A DNA stretch of 63,786 nt, filler included, from Asterionella formosa (Eukaryota), in NCBI GenBank assembly GCA_002256025.1. It is 6 parts of 6 records of this genome, joined end to end, with 100 filler letters (N's around TTAATTAATTAA, not from the genome) between each part and the next. Parts side by side here need not be neighbours in the genome. Positions count along the whole stretch, not along the records: positions 28,252 to 56,405 come from NKIB01001284.1; 5 more parts are not named here. The stretch is one strand, 5' to 3'. Every line of letters starts with the position of its first letter. Position 1 is the stretch's first letter. A program made the position numbers and the translations under genes. Under the pieces are notes generated by a model. It saw only the letters and a list, made by a program, of their open reading frames with translations, made no database searches and had not been told where the DNA came from. This document shows positions 34,669 to 46,900 of this stretch, piece after piece.

Positions 34669-35682
34669 TTATTCATCATCGGGCGCATCACCATCGACTT
34701 CTTCGTTCTCGAGGGCTAGTCGATCCATCATAGCCTGCAATTCCGTCTCTTCCTTGAGACTAACTGCCTTTGGTGCCATCTTAACGTCCATCTTTCCCCC
34801 CTTGGCAACAATTCTTTTTTCAATTTCGTCAATCGCCTTTTGCAACAATGTGATACCGATTTCCTTCTCCAATGTCATTGTTGATAAAACATAAATGGGC
34901 GGGGCAATCAATTTGATTCTGATGGCCATTTGTTCAGTTGAGCAATCCATCCCAGCAAAGAGAGCTTCGCGGATAGCATCGATACCCTCATACGTGAAAC
35001 ATGAAACCTCAATATCAGATCTAATCTTGATGGGCTGAGGAGCCAATCGTCTCAAAATGTATCCCTTTAGCTCCTCCTTGAGGTCTTCTGGCAGCTCGAT
35101 TTCGTCTAAGGGATTCGCCACACCCTCCTCTGGCGTAATAGAAACTTTGAAGGCATCGTAGGCGTGTCCGAACTTTTTATACAAGGGCCACCCAATCCTC
35201 TCATACAGATCCTCAAGATAAAGTTTTCTACGGTCTGCCAAGTGACGCAAAACTCCATGTACAGCCTTTGCTTTATTGTATCGTTCCTCGCAGGCTTGGA
35301 CATCTTCTGGCGACACACGACGCTTCGAAAGGTCGATATAACCCTTTTCTTTGTCCACTCGCAGAACCATGACAACTTCGTTACGGTTGACACGAATGAG
35401 CTTATGAATGGATCTGATTCGACGTCGGGAAAGCTCTGACAACAAAATCATGCCTTCGATGTTGTTGTACTCCAACAAGGAAACGTAGGCTCCCATGTCG
35501 GCAATATTGCGGACATTGACCATGACAACCGACTCAATTTCAGGAAATTGGTTCTCATAGAATCGACAGTCTAGGTTAGACTTGTCATCGCCGAGGTAGA
35601 CGCGGAAATCGCCCTCTTCCATGGCTTCGATAGTCGTTGGGACCGCACCAGTTACGGTGAGCTTACTTTCTTCTTCAGACAT
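34669..35682 (-). CDS. SUI2: Translation initiation factor 2 alpha subunit
   Basis: CRFYENQFPE, GAYVSLLEYNNIEGMILLSELSRRRIRSI (Ser51 loop), VLRVDKEKGYIDLSKRRV, KIRSDIEVSCF.YEGIDAI. Confidence 0.97.
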   Translation of the reverse strand: MSEEESKLTVTGAVPTTIEAMEEGDFRVYLGDDKSNLDCRFYENQFPEIESVVMVNVRNIADMGAYVSLLEYNNIEGMILLSELSRRRIRSIHKLIRVNRNEVVMVLRVDKEKGYIDLSKRRVSPEDVQACEERYNKAKAVHGVLRHLADRRKLYLEDLYERIGWPLYKKFGHAYDAFKVSITPEEGVANPLDEIELPEDLKEELKGYILRRLAPQPIKIRSDIEVSCFTYEGIDAIREALFAGMDCSTEQMAIRIKLIAPPIYVLSTMTLEKEIGITLLQKAIDEIEKRIVAKGGKMDVKMAPKAVSLKEETELQAMMDRLALENEEVDGDAPDDE

Positions 35683-37029
35683 GTTCTTTCGTTGTGTTTT
35701 TCTTCTCTTCTCTTCACGCAATTAATGGGGATGGATAAGTGATGAGTCCCCAAGATGGTGAAATGGTGAACAATGAGTGGACTTGGAAAGGTCAACAGCT
35801 TTGAAGCCGATCAGGTTTTGACTAAAACGGTGTTGCTAGGAGCGTTTTCGTCGCTTGCCCTTGGATGGCTACGCACAAATACATGCGTCGAATGCTGCCT
35901 GCTTGCAGCCAGGATGGCTCATTTCTTGCTTACTATAGAAGCCATGCATTTGTTCCATATGCAGTATTTCCGGCATGATTTACTACGGTAACTTGACTAC
36001 CAGTGTGTACTGGGCCCGATGCAGCATACCGGTACCAGTAGTATTGGTCGCTTGAGCTCCTCGACGTGAGGCCTGGGAATGCTCTGACGGTCAACATACC
36101 GACTGTTTCCCATTACGACCGGTAAATCATACGGCTGTTCTTTCCTCTTTTACAGGCCATGTTCCTACTATACCAGGTAGAGATTTGTCGGTACCTGGAA
36201 GGTCTGGTACCAGGTACCTGGTAGCACACATTTGACGTGAACCTTTTCAGTTTCAACCCACTCTCAATGATTTCTCTCTTCTCTGCCAAATGAGATTGGC
36301 CAGCTTTCAATGGAATTTATAAGCCTTAAGTAATTTAGAAAAACCTTACTCTCATTGACTGATGACAATTTGCAGAATCAGTCTCAAAACACGACTCGGA
36401 TTTGCTGACTGATGAACCTGATCAGCAAACCTTCTTCTAGCTTTGGAAAACAAATAGTAGGAATCATCTCTTTCTACATTTCGAACTTGCTGACAATGAC
36501 TAGATTTTGCGGACTACAATTAGAGTGAATATAATGACAAGGACTAGAACATGTGGATATAGCGTCGACAGCAACCTTTGGGCCGTAATAAGTAGTCAAC
36601 AACTTACACAATGCAACAATACAAGTACGTATGTATTACTCGCTATATAAATCTGAACCACTCCTTCATGACAATAATTAACGTATCCTCCAAACTAAGT
36701 TTAAACCGTGTGTTTACTCCATTTAGCGGTTGCTTACAGTTCAAAAGTTGTCATAGTGGTGGCTTACAGTTTTAAGTGGTACTCCAGAGTACCAGGTACC
36801 TAGTACCCTGGTACTTCGTTGTGCAATGCAATATATATATGTGTGTGTACAGTGATTATTAACTCTATGTGTACAATACATATTAACTCATTGGTAAATG
36901 AAATCAAATGTATAACATTAAATGGGAACAATGAGAATTTAATGACATGCATGCTAGTTAATGTGGTAGTAATTAACTAAATACATAGTTAATTGGATTT
37001 CCACCTGTGCATCGATCAATAAGCATTTT

Positions 37030-38460
37030 GTTGATTATTTGGGTCACAGAACGTTCTTGACCAGCCATACATCTCATAGATTCTGTCAATCACTGTCTGA
37101 GCACTGTAACCACATCTAATCTGCTCTGCAACTGAATCCCATCATACAACCTTGTGCCAATATTAAAAAAATTTATTCCTCCCCCTCTGAACCCTTGTAA
37201 ATAGTCTGGCTGCCTTTCTCTCTGCAATTCCGACTTCAAATTCCTGCCATTGAACAAACAGTGACTTTGGAGTCTTGCTGAGACTGCTGTTATAGGCTGG
37301 AACCATAAAAGAGGAGCCAAAGTCAGCTAGCAAATTGTCACCGGCTTGTTCGTTGTTGATTTATCCCTCTACGTTGCTCTGCATCAATTCCATTTGTAGT
37401 TGGTGCTGTCACAGCCAATGGAACCACCGCAACTGGAGGAACACCGGAGCCTCTAAACCTTTGCCCTGGTATCCTTGAGAATCTTTTAAAAGCCGTGCTG
37501 AGCTTGCAGATATCCTTGGCCATCAATTCGACTTGTGCCTGCAACTGCTTCACATCCCTTTGTGTTTCCTTCTGTTTACCGTACAGACCAAGGAGTTTAT
37601 TCCTCTGCTGACTAAATAAGCAAATTTCTGTCCCTCTTACACCTGTGAGTCCTACTTGCGCCTCACCAACACCACCACTTCCATCCTCCTGTCCAACTGT
37701 GTGCATAAATTCAGCGTCAATTCCATCAATATACAGCTCCGCCTCTGAACCAGTGACAACAACCAACCGTTTCTTGACAGGATTTTTGCCTTGTGGTAGA
37801 TGGCGAACAAATCCGTATGCTGACTGAATTCGGCGCGTCAGTGCAGGTGTTAGGTACTCTTGTTGTAGGGTTGACTCAAAAGAAGCCCACAAAAGTGGTT
37901 GTGCCAACGTCAATGCTGCAGCACGTGGATACTGTAGGGAAATGTTTGGAACAACATACTGGTATTCCAGAAGCCATTCATCCAAGAGTCCGCAATTCTC
38001 AACAAGGACATACCTACATAGTCCTCCAATGCAAAGAGAAGCTGCAACCTTTGCATCAGGATAAGGAAGCTCCACATCAATGTAAGTATCAATTTGTTTC
38101 TTTGTTCGTTTCCAGCGCCCTCTGAAGTCAATATTGTATTACGAGCAGCTGCATCATCGTGAATATGTCGATGGATACTTTTGTAGACTGTGTGTTCCAA
38201 TCGGACCACTATTTAATCTCTAGAACTCACCATTGTTCCATTCCTCCTTCAGGATCTCATATGCCTTCTTTTTCGCAACAAATGGACTATTGGTTTCAAG
38301 AGGGAAGACCCGGGGATTTTCAGGGGATGCGCATCTGTCCATTGATTCCGTCTCAAGATGGATCGACATGGAAAGAAGAAAACAACAATAGAGCGGCGAT
38401 ATGGCTTCAAGGAGAATTTGTGTGCCAATACCTCGGAGGTAGTTTCTGTCCTCAATAGAA
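37030..38460 (-). mobile_element. Degraded Crypton-like (tyrosine recombinase plus GCR1_C) transposon
   Basis: Fragments GPIGTQS.K, KRQIDTYIDVELPYPDAKVAASLCIGG, LLWASFE and C-terminal LSKTPKSLFVQWQEFEVGI..RKAARLFT...WD..A..IR.GYSAQTVIDRIY; several frameshifts. Confidence 0.75.
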
Positions 38461-38923
38461 GACTACCAGGGCCTACGAGAAAATACTACCTTGGTAGAAT
38501 TTCGGGACTACTATGAACATACGTAACATTATATCTATATACATGGTCACAGTCATTATCACGCTTGATGCAACAGCCTACCAGGGTACCAGGGGTACCA
38601 CTATATTTGCAATATCATGCATGATATCAAATGCATATCACATATACTATGGGTACATGGGATATATGCTCAGGGTGCCCAAGGTTGCCCTTGTAGATGC
38701 TGGTATATAATTTTTTTAGCTTAGATGTTGCGATTTGTTTCTATTTATAAAAAACGCTACAGTGCAGTTCTTGTGAGTAGCTGGAGAATCCTGCATCTGC
38801 TGATAACGACTAGAACTGCTGACAACGACTAGAAAAAATTCCTGCTGAAAACGACTATAAGTTACTGATTGGTGAATGCCATTAGTAAATCGTCTTCCAG
38901 TTGCTGAATATCATTACCAGTAG

Positions 38924-39210
38924 AACATCTAAGACGCCGTCTGTTTACGGCACTTTTTCGAATTTATGTCTAACATGACGTATTTATGCTACTTTTCTAA
39001 AAATTATGTTACTATTTTGGGAATTCATTTGGGTCAAACGAAAATTAATTATGTTCTAAAACAAAATTAACTTCACTTATCGAATAATTATGTGATCAAA
39101 CCAATAATTATATGTGCTCGCAAGAATATTTTCTTACCAACTAGCCGTTGCTACAGCATGATGACGAAAATTATGCTGCTTCGCGGCTATATTACGCTGG
39201 CTTCACCACA
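38924..39210 (-). repeat. Dispersed repeat family C, copy 2
   Basis: acatctaagacgccgtctgtttacggcactttttcgaatttatgtc is the reverse complement of the 29490-29777 end. Confidence 0.85.
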
Positions 39211-40434
39211 TGACTAAATTAATGTTCCATTCAACCCCAAGGCAAAAATTAAAATATAACTTAGGGTTGCCGAAATTCCTGGAACTAAGAACTTTTATGT
39301 TTTTTTTAAATGGCATGATTCCATTTGAAATATTCAAATCAGCGGAAATTGGCGTGTACGTGCTTAGATTCCTTTTCGAATTCGCTAAATATACAGATAA
39401 AGATTGTACATCTCTCTATATATACCGGTATTTACTCTAAACACCGATGGACGGTTTATGTGTCATATGACCCAGCGGCTTGGCAAATATTTGAAGAGCA
39501 CTCTAGGAGTGGTACGCATGTGTCAAATGATAATCATCTACCAGTATCCGAAGTGGATATGGTACCGGCATACTGGCGATCTCCCCAGAAATTTTTAAAT
39601 TTGTATCCAGTGTGGCCGGAGTGGGTTTGCAAGACCTCGCAAACCGGGCTAATCAAATGTCGGTAAGTAATTGAAGTTGACCAATCAAAATATATATATT
39701 GTGAAGAGGACACTTACAATGGAACTTTTTGTACAGAAGATTGTAGGACAAAAAAATGAATCACAAGACTTCAGCTCCGATGATGACGTTTCGGTGATTA
39801 TTGATTCTGATTACGAAATTTTGGAGACCGTTGAAAAGGCCAGCCAATATTGTCGAATTTTTGGAGGAAGATACTAGCTCAACGTTGGCAGGGTTTAAAG
39901 AAGAGTTAAGTATAAAGGTAATCTTCGTATGCATAGCCCCAGAAGTTAACTTTGGTTTTCTAACTGGGCTAAATAAACGAGTTGGCCTGGTAAAATCAAC
40001 TATTTTCAGCATAGTTTAAAAAAACCCAAGTTCCTTTCTGCACTTTATCGACAGATCCTAGATCCTGACAATATAAAGCGTTGACCTATACCCCTACTTT
40101 CTCAGAAGACTGTATCTAAGCATATGGAAAGGGTTTAAATTGGTGAAAGCTCCGTTTAGCGATATACATTTATGTTTTACTCTTAAGGAGTGCGTGTTTG
40201 AGTACTCTTAAGGTTCCTGCATTTTAACCCTACCTCTAAGCTATTTTCGTCATGGCCTTTGCTGAGACGACATGATGCAGATGCTGCAGCCGAGCACAAG
40301 AAATAAATTGTATTATTTTGTCTGTATGAAACGGATATCAAGATGAGACATTGAATAAATTTGGAATTGGAATCAGTGTTGCCAGTACGAAGTGGAAAAA
40401 CTAAAAAATAGCAAAATTACCACAACTTGCTGAA

Positions 40435-40700
40435 TGCAATACACACCTGAGGTGGTCTCATTCCTGCGAGTATGCATGTGTTTGGGGCTGGGTGGCATGA
40501 GTACTAGGTTGACCATACAAGTGGCACCCATGGCGCTGCGAGAAGGTCACCCTACTAGTGCCATCCCAGCCAAGTACAAATGTGTACAAAAAGGCATATA
40601 GCCACCGAGAAGGGTATTGTTGAGGCAATTCACAAACTAGCAATCATTGCGCCATTCGCTTACCTACTCCCCACTCATTGAGCATTAATGTCTATTTTAG
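40435..40700 (+). repeat. Dispersed repeat family B, copy 3
   Basis: Same orientation as 28903-29070, with a longer middle containing ggcgctgcgagaaggtcaccctac, also seen at 31663. Confidence 0.8.
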
Positions 40701-41404
40701 CTTGCTAAAGCTCCCCATCATATAAAATATATTTTGTATACATCAAACGTCTGCAAATAAAAACCATCATATTTCCTTGATGCATCATAGGATTATGATC
40801 ATCTGATCATAATTTTTCGTTATATCATCTAATAATTTTGATAAATGCCCTCGTAATTTAAATAGTAACCCTTTTGACTATGGAAATTTAATTACTATAT
40901 GTATTGTTTCTTTTAGTTTCCTTTATTTAAATTTCTTGGTAGGATAATGTATCAGTTAGAGTAATGTGGTTTGGCTCATCATCCTCGCCAGTCCTCACTC
41001 TGATTCTTGCAACAACGACAAAGCAGCCATGTCGAGAGGAACAAATGTTTGTGATAAAATTTTCACTTGTCGTTCAAGTCATCATATGTCTTCGATGAAT
41101 CATCATCTACATTGTACAGTATATTCGTACTACTATGCAATCCGTTAAGAGCTTAAAAAGAAATCCAATGAAAACGAAATGGCTCATCACACAAGACGAA
41201 TATTTCCGGCCGGTCTGTCACCAGAGCATCAATCAATCAGTGTTACAACCTCAATCATAGCTAAACAACATCCATATACACAGGATGTGCCGTATAATGA
41301 GCATGTTTAAAACTATGCAAATGTTCAACTATATATTCATTTAAACTTCTTACAAATCTTTATATATATGTACCTATTCATGGCTGAAACATTTGAAATC
41401 ATGT

Positions 41405-41733
41405 TTTCATGTTCCTTGTCATGCATACACTTTGCTCCTGAAATGAAGGATTAACACAGATGATGACGCGGAAAACGAAAGTGATAATACAGCACAATGA
41501 TACCTGCGGCTTAGAAGAGAAGGGCGGAATCAATTGATGGTAAGAAGTCAAGAGCAAATGCCTTTCATGTTCCTTGTCATGCTGCATCCACTTCATGAAA
41601 TGAAGGATCTCAAGCAACACATGATGCGAAAAACTGAAGTGACAATACAGCACGATAAGAATGAGTGAATATGATGGAGAAGGGCGGAATCAACAATCTG
41701 TGCATAGCATCACGGTTTGTCAAGAGCAATGCC
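41405..41733 (+). repeat. Diverged tandem duplication, about 160-170 bp x2
   Basis: tttcatgttccttgtcatgc...tgaaatgaaggat...aatacagcac...gagaagggcggaatcaa...gtcaagagca occurs twice. Confidence 0.8.
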
Positions 41734-42744
41734 AAGATGATCAATTGCTGGGATTACAAATGCGGAATGACTTGTCCCCTTTCAGTGATTCAATAGCTCC
41801 TTTTCGATTTGGTGACTGGTGGGCAACCATCAATGGCTGTGGACAAAAGAAATCGGTAAGTGCTGCCTATCAGCCATCTTTGGATCAATCCACAACTGTT
41901 AGAAAAACTGACACATATGTGTTGCTTCTTTCAGGATAATGGTAGACAAAAAGTATTTGTAAGTTCCAAAGAGCAGTGTTGGAGCCCATTTATTGATCGA
42001 TACTTTGCTTCTCATTCAAGCTTCCACTGACACATTCTTTTAGAGAAATATGCATCAGTTACCTCCTCAATTTGTGGTAAGTGAAGGCAGATAGAAGCGA
42101 AATGCATGTTGTTGTGTAAGCAAAACATGAACAGCTAACAATGAATTGCTTCTCTTTGTTAGTTTGGCTGATTGGAACAACGAAACGGATTCAATAGTAA
42201 TAGGAAAATGCGTGAATGCAAACTCAGAACCCTCAGGAGTAAATGGAACAAAGCAAGCAGGGGAACAACGGAAAGGCAACCAGTACTACTACAACAACCA
42301 TCAGAATTGGATTTGGGGGAATGTGGAAGTGAAAGTGAAAGCTGAAGCACCAATCATTGCGATGAGAGCATTGTAGAACATTCTGTAGCCACTCAAGATA
42401 TAGAAACATAAAACCATTCTTAAATATATTTCTAAATTTCGATCAATTTCATCCTATTTTAGACAGTGATATCGATGAGAATTACGATCATGCTAAGATA
42501 GATGTATGACAAAAGTATACACATCATATGACCATGTTTAACTAATTATATGATGCAATGGTATTATAACTATGATAGTCTCATCATACTTCAAGCTCGG
42601 TGAAAGTTTACTGCATGATCATAATTATATGATACATTGATCATATTTTTGATCGAAAAACTATCATTTATGTGAAAATCCTGTGCCACTTAGCGTACGA
42701 TACCCTTGATCATATTTTCATGATATTTTTTATTTACAGACGCT

Positions 42745-43608
42745 ACTAATTGTCGAATTTCCGATTTGATTGCTTCCATGGTCTGTTTTGATCGCTTCCA
42801 TTGTTGTTTGTCGTTCCGCACTGTCGTTTTGTTTCGATTGTATCTATCTACATAAGAACCAATGTATTTATCAATGACTACTCTTTGACGACTTACTGTT
42901 GTTGATCGTATTTGTTGATTTGTATAGTCATTGACCATGATGTCAATATTGCCACCAAGCAAGCAATGCTTTTCTTGTACTAAAGCGCTTTGCAACATTT
43001 CTACTACGAGTTCGTATCACAAGCTACATATATACTCACCTAGAGTCAGTCGATAGTGCTGGAGCAGCCTGGCAATCACATTAGCTCAGAATGGAATGAT
43101 CAGGGGTGTTTGTTTGGTGGGAGGAATGCCTGTGGCAGAAAGACAGCTACTGGTGTCAGACTACTACAGCGATGTGAATGGTTGCAGAAACCAGATCATC
43201 TACACTACATAACAATACAGGTATAAATGGGGTTCAGCTTTTTTCTTCTTATTTCAGTCTTTGATTGTGGTGATGAAAAGTCAATGTTGCACTGTGTAAG
43301 TAATACAATGTCACAATGCATACATCTCCATTAAAACCCCTATTTTTCACATCATTTCTAACCCAAAACAATTTTTTCTATTTCTCATTTGACAATACTT
43401 ATTAAATCGCATTTCATGCTTTGGTTGCTCCAAACATCATGTTCAATTTTCATTGATTTTACATGCTGTCAAAATCATTCTCGTTTGTCTTACACTTGTT
43501 GTACCATCTCTATGCATATTACCGGTATTCTGGTTGTCATGCTAAAATCGGCATTTTTATTGCCGAAAAATTCGATGTACCCCATATTGCCCCTAAATAA
43601 AAATTACG
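42745..43608 (-). repeat. Dispersed repeat family A, long copy 3
   Basis: Direct homologue of 30690-31550. Confidence 0.9.
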
Positions 43609-43614
43609 ATTTTT

Positions 43615-43875
43615 CTAGAATGATATGGTACCAGTTAAAAATGGCTTTGAGCCACATTACTATATCGTTTTCGGACTAGACTAATTCTAGAAGTATGCTA
43701 AAATCGATCCCCTCTTTTGTCCTTTGGCACGATATTAGTTAGTTCATTAAGCTACATGAGAATTAGATCATTTCTTTACTTGAAAATGGTTTAAATGAGA
43801 TCTATCCATTTTAAACGTGACAAAAACGGTCGAAGTGGCTCAAAGCCATTGATTAAAATTTTACCATAGCTCTAG
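43615..43875. mobile_element. MITE-like element
   Basis: Perfect 16-bp inverted pair AATGGCTTTGAGCCAC (43640-43655) / GTGGCTCAAAGCCATT (43835-43850), extending imperfectly to terminal CTAG on both sides. Confidence 0.55.
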
Positions 43876-43989
43876 TTATTTTTATAGGCGACGGTTAGAA
43901 ATATTATATCGCTTGAATGTTTTTTCATTTGTAGTTGTTGCATCGTTTTTAGACTGAAGGTGTTCTTGTTGGTTCTCTCTCCTCATTTT

Positions 43990-46900
43990 TTTGCAGTAGA
44001 TGTTGCATCATTCTTAGACTTGTGGTCCTCCCATCATATCTTCTTGTTGTGTAATAGGAGCAACCAAAGGGTGCTGAGGAGGTGGCGCCGTTACAGCAGT
44101 TGCAACTGGTGCTGCAGCATTGCCATGCATCATGGTATCATGGAATCTGGTAAGTAGCAGTTGTTTCGTTGTTGGTAATGGAAGATCGCCTGCTCGATTG
44201 TACCACATTGTCATTGTGTTCTTTTGTGTTACTGTCCACTCAGCTGACTGTTTTTAAAAGCGATCTGATTGCATAAGCCTTCTTGTTTGCAAGCGCCATG
44301 TGCGCATCTATTTTCCGATTCTCTCGCTCACTCTGCACTTCTTCCGCATCCCTCTTCCTTTTTAGCTGGTCATCGACCACTTCAGGACCCAACAAGTACC
44401 TGCCTGCAGCGACATGAAGACCACATGTGTATCGTTTATTGCTTGCAATCGCCATAAGTACTGTTCTTTTCGTTGGTGGGCAAGTTTGTCCAGATATTTT
44501 CCGTTTCTAGCGTCCTCACGATTGCGGTACTCCTGTATGTCCTGATCAACAAGGGTTGCAGTGATGCCTTGGCTTGCTCAAGTTTAATCTGGATGGGGGA
44601 ATGGATGTTGGAGAAAATATTTTAGGAAAGAAAATTCCGGTATAAATTACCTACTACATATTGAATCGAATGAATCAAGAAAGAATATGGTACCAGAGAA
44701 TTCGAAAACAATCTACGCCAACAGTAAAAACCCATAATTATATTAAAACTCTTAGGAACGATTACAATCGATCACGCAGACATCGTTGTTCATATCTACA
44801 GCCTATTTGGTCCCTGACGTGTCCTTACAGGATACAAGAAAGCATAGAGTGCTTCGGGACGCAATTTCAACAGTTTTAATAGAATTAGCCGGCCAGGAAG
44901 AGCCGTGATACCACAATCAACAACAGGTGGACCATTGAGAGTCCGGAGACAAGATCTGAGGGTACCAGACCATCCAGATTCTGAAGAAGTCGCACAAGGC
45001 GCATCATGAGTGGCAAAGGAAATTTTACCAAGAAGGCTCAAGCCAAGGGCAAGTTTCAAGCCAAGGGAGGGAGCAATATTGCTTCTCACTCAATCAAGAA
45101 GTCAGTCAATGACTATAACTACTACCTCGGATCATCGAAGCAGGCATCTGACTATGAGGCTACTACTGAGTATCTCATCAACTACATCAAGAAAGTGTTT
45201 GATTATGGCAGCGACATTGGAATCGCACTCAAGACATTAGAACCAATCAACACATCGGTATGGAAGCCAAGAATGCAAGTGAGCATGGCAACAACAGAAG
45301 AAGATCGCGCTGCAGAGAATCGACAATTTGAGATCAAGTTTAAGGCTGATTATGACACCTACAGTAAAAGGGTACAGGCCTACAAAAATAATAATACCAA
45401 GGCATATGCGTTGCTCTGGGAAAGATGCAACAAAGCCATGAAGAACAAGATTGAAGCGAGATCGAAAATAACCCAATAACATTGCTTATGGCAATTAAAG
45501 AACACGCATTAAATTTTCAAGAGAATCGATATTCAATGTCAATCATTTTAGATGCGATGAGAACGCTTTTGTTCACAAAGCAAAAAGAAGGAGAAAGTCT
45601 ACAAGACTACACCAAGAGATTTTGTGTGGCACGAGATGTGCTCAAGTCACACATCGGAGGACCCATTATCCTCACCAACTTTGTTGAATCCATGGATGGA
45701 TACAATGAGAACGACACCAAGCAAGGAGATAAATGTCGTGAACAAGCTTTCAGTCAATTTGTGGCATATTTATATCTCAATAACCCCGATAAAGCCAAAT
45801 ATGGATCAATTATGACTGGGCTGAACACTCAACAATCACTCGGCAACGTTCAATACCCGAAGACCATCACCGAATCAAATAATGTTCTCAGCAACCATTG
45901 GTTTGACTTAACAAATAAATCCAACTACAAGAAACCAGGAGATAATGATAAAGAGAGGAAACAAAAGGATGCAGGCAAGGAAGACAAAGATGTGAACTTA
46001 TCGTTTGCACAGTTAGAAGGAAAATGTTACTGCTGTGGAAAAGCAGGTCACAAATCTCCTTTGTGCCAAGACAAGAATAAACCCAAAGAGGAATGGGCTA
46101 TCAACAGGGCCCAAAGCCATGCACAGGCACAGGCTAATACATCCAACACAAATACAGTTACCTCTGTTAATTCCAACAACCCGCCGTCATCACAAGCTTC
46201 ACAACAAGCAAATGTTAATCAATTTGGATGGACAGGAGCTCATATGAAACTACAATTTTACCAAGCATCTGAGATGCGTGACTGGATACTATTGGATAAT
46301 CAATCAAGTGTCACAGTCTTTTGCAACCCAAAAATGGTTAATAACATTCAAATGTCAGCCAATGGAAGCATGCACCTGGCCACAAATGGTGGATCCATGG
46401 TAACTAATATGAAGGCTGATCTTCCAGGATGGGGAGAAGTATGGTTTAATGAAAAGGCTATCACAAACATCTTCAGTTATGCCGAAATGGCAGATAGGTA
46501 CAGAATTACCTACGACTCCGAGAAAGAAGATGCATTCATTGTTCATTTGCCAGACAAAACAGTTCAATTTGAAAGAATTGGAATGACCTTATATGTTTTC
46601 AAGCCAACTACAAGAATGAAAGCGGAGAATGCTCAAATGTCAAATACACTTGAAGAAAACAAAACATTTTACACTGAACGTCAATTTCAGAGAGCTAAGC
46701 GAGCTCGTGATCTAATGCATGCCTTGGGTACACCATCAATTAATGATTTCAATGCAATAATTTGTATGAATACGATCAACAATAATCCAGTGACTACCGA
46801 TGATATCAAAATTGCAGAGAAAATTTTTGGTCCTGACATCGGAACACTAAAAGGCAAGACAACTCGTCGCAAGCCGCTGCCAGTCATGAACGACTACATC

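Noticed and set aside
29490..39210. Inverted repeat C copies as TIRs of a Pack-type element carrying FCP/RPP1/eIF2-alpha
   Set aside because: The sharp apparent termini face inward rather than outward and no TSD was found; two independent insertions fit better.
44661..44879. Three copies of the MNRMNQERIWYQR ORF (44661, 49894, 60468)
   Set aside because: All three lie in LTR copies and start at TTG; they are not independent genes.
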